DNA from: Opitutales bacterium
GTDB lineage: Bacteria > Verrucomicrobiota > Verrucomicrobiia > Opitutales > JABSRG01
DNA: 64,000 nt
Direction of reading: 5' to 3'
NCBI GenBank assembly: GCA_049599475.1
Contig: JBMYOQ010000008.1
Location: forward strand, 45,216 to 109,215
Of this stretch, positions 62,347-64,000 are shown piece after piece (position 1 is the first letter of the stretch; each line of letters starts with the position of its first letter). The notes under the pieces were generated by a model. It was not told the DNA's origin. It saw only the letters and a list, made by a program, of their open reading frames with translations, and did no database searches. The position numbers and the translations under genes are program-made.

Positions 62347-63585
62347 ATGCCGCGACCAGCCAAGAAATTCAACGATCATCCGTTTGCCTACCATCAAGAA
62401 ATTGAGCTCGATATTGTAGATGTGAACAATCTCGGCATGGGCATCGGTCGAGTGGGCGACTGGGTGGTGATGGTGCCCTTTGTGATTGTCGGAGAACGCG
62501 TCAAAGCGCGCGTATACCGCAATTTTTCAAACTACTCGTCTGCAGATCTCGTAGAAGTATTGTCTCCTTCTCCTGACCGGATTGGAGCCAAATGCCCGAT
62601 CTATGGCGAATGTGGCGGCTGCCAATATCAACACATTGAATACTCCGCCCAGAAGGAGCTCAAACGCGCTCATGTGCGACAGGTCATGGAAAACATTGGA
62701 GGCCTGACCATGGACGTGCAGCCGAGCATCGGTACCGAGCAGATTTATGGTTACCGATCCAAGCTGACACCCCATTGGCAACGGAGAGACAAAACGCAGC
62801 CCGTGGGAAATATCGGGTTTTTAAAAAACGGAACCCGTCACACCATTATTGATGTACCGCAGTGCCCAATCGGGACGGATGCAATCAATGAGGCACTACC
62901 CGAAGCTCGTCGAGCTGTCCGGAATCCGATTACTCAGGCCGAGAAGAAAGTACTGAAGCAAAAGGGAGGGACGATCCTTCTGCGCGATGTTGTCGAAGGT
63001 GTGATTTCCAAGCACGACGAAGTCGTCACAGAGCGCGTGGGATCCGCTGTCTTTCAGTTCAAGGCAGGGGATTTCTTTCAGAACAATCCATTTATCCTGC
63101 CTGTGCTCGTGGATTATGTCGGCCAGCAGATTCAAGCAGATGGCGTGAAATACCTGATCGACGCCTATTGTGGGGTCGGTCTCTTTGCGATCTCTCTGGG
63201 CAATCAATTCGAAGCCGTGGCTGGGGTCGAGGTCAGCGAAAGTGCGGTGGTGTGGGCCCGAGCCAATGCCGAGATTAACAAGGTATCGAATGCGCAATTT
63301 ATCGCGGGATCCGCAGAAGCTATTTTTGCGGACGTATCGTTTCAAGCGGATGAAACGGCCATGATCATCGATCCGCCGCGAAAGGGCTGTGATCAGGTAT
63401 TTTTGGATCAGCTCTTTGAATATGGCCCTAAGCGTCTCGTATATGTGTCCTGCGATCCTGCAACTCAGGCCCGCGACCTTAAGATTCTCGTGGAAGGTGG
63501 CTATCAGGTCGAGCGTATCCAGCCATTCGATCTATTTCCCCAGACGCGGCATATCGAAAACGTAGTCACCCTGAGTCGAGAGTAA
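62347..63585 (+). CDS. 23S rRNA/tRNA m5U methyltransferase (RlmD/TrmA family, TRAM domain and 4Fe-4S motif)
   Basis: C..Y..CGGCQ, FFQ.N, DAYCGVG, DPPRKG, YVSCDPAT.ARD, D.FPQT.H.E. Confidence 0.92.
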   Translation: MPRPAKKFNDHPFAYHQEIELDIVDVNNLGMGIGRVGDWVVMVPFVIVGERVKARVYRNFSNYSSADLVEVLSPSPDRIGAKCPIYGECGGCQYQHIEYSAQKELKRAHVRQVMENIGGLTMDVQPSIGTEQIYGYRSKLTPHWQRRDKTQPVGNIGFLKNGTRHTIIDVPQCPIGTDAINEALPEARRAVRNPITQAEKKVLKQKGGTILLRDVVEGVISKHDEVVTERVGSAVFQFKAGDFFQNNPFILPVLVDYVGQQIQADGVKYLIDAYCGVGLFAISLGNQFEAVAGVEVSESAVVWARANAEINKVSNAQFIAGSAEAIFADVSFQADETAMIIDPPRKGCDQVFLDQLFEYGPKRLVYVSCDPATQARDLKILVEGGYQVERIQPFDLFPQTRHIENVVTLSRE

Positions 63586-63947
63586 GGGCTACGAGGGATC
63601 AATACGGTTACTCAAAAGTATTTTCGTTTATTCTGTTAAATTCACACTTTCGAAATGCTGGAATGGTCGGGCAGTTTGTCCCTACCATTTGATTGCGAAA
63701 ATAACTTTGAGAAAAGGTCTGGGCCTACTTCTTTATTGGTTGGGAATGACAATCTGGGGTTCACCAAGCTTATAAAAGGAACCAAGAATGAGCACTAATT
63801 CACACGAACTCTCCATTCTATGATGCCGCATTTGTGATGGTATGCGTCGATCCATGCAAAGAAAGATTTGTTAAGCATGGTGGCGTCTGAGAATTATCAG
63901 AACCGTCTGGTTCATTCGTGATCAAAAAAAGTTGTTCGCTGATCTAG

Positions 63948-64000
63948 TGTCGGTTTGCGGTTAAAATGCACCAGTAATTTGCGGGTGAAAGTGCACCATT
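63948..64000. mobile_element. Probable terminal inverted repeat of an IS21-family insertion sequence (element continues beyond the window)
   Basis: Begins TGT and carries two direct repeats, TTTGCGGTTAAAATGCACCA (63954-63973) and TTTGCGGGTGAAAGTGCACCA (63978-63998), as in IS21 multiple terminal repeats. No transposase is visible. Confidence 0.55.

Noticed and set aside
63954..63998. Direct repeats as the start of a CRISPR array
   Set aside because: The repeats are only about 20 bp, imperfect and 4 nt apart; they fit an IS end better.

Overview
Gene-dense, mostly core chromosomal window from a bacterium, most likely Verrucomicrobiota (Opitutales/Puniceicoccaceae-like). This is inferred from an Akkermansia Amuc_1098-1102-type secretin/pilus operon and the general gene complement. 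Housekeeping genes: argC (partial), pdhABC, hisEG, rpsA, galE, aroK, metH, dus, thpR, bcp, two RNA methyltransferases and a stand-alone 5'-3' exonuclease. Accessory or unusual content: (1) a two-partner secretion pair (TpsB plus an 1808-aa YDG-repeat adhesin); (2) a cNMP-domain kinase/Rdx/OppA-like operon whose lipoprotein signal peptide is out of frame with its ATG at an A7 run; (3) the five-gene Amuc_1100-like operon followed by an acidic PPC-domain surface protein with a Trp/Tyr-rich C-terminal domain; (4) a FabF-ACP-phytoene-desaturase-like triplet, a candidate unusual-lipid pathway; (5) a signal-peptide-bearing PLP aminotransferase behind a sigma-54-type promoter; (6) a queF-cmoA-cmoB tRNA-wobble cluster; (7) an orphan cheA; (8) a PilT pair, one with long extensions; (9) a probable IS21-family end at the right edge. 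No rRNA, tRNA or CRISPR array was seen. All assignments come from motif recognition by eye; no searches were run.
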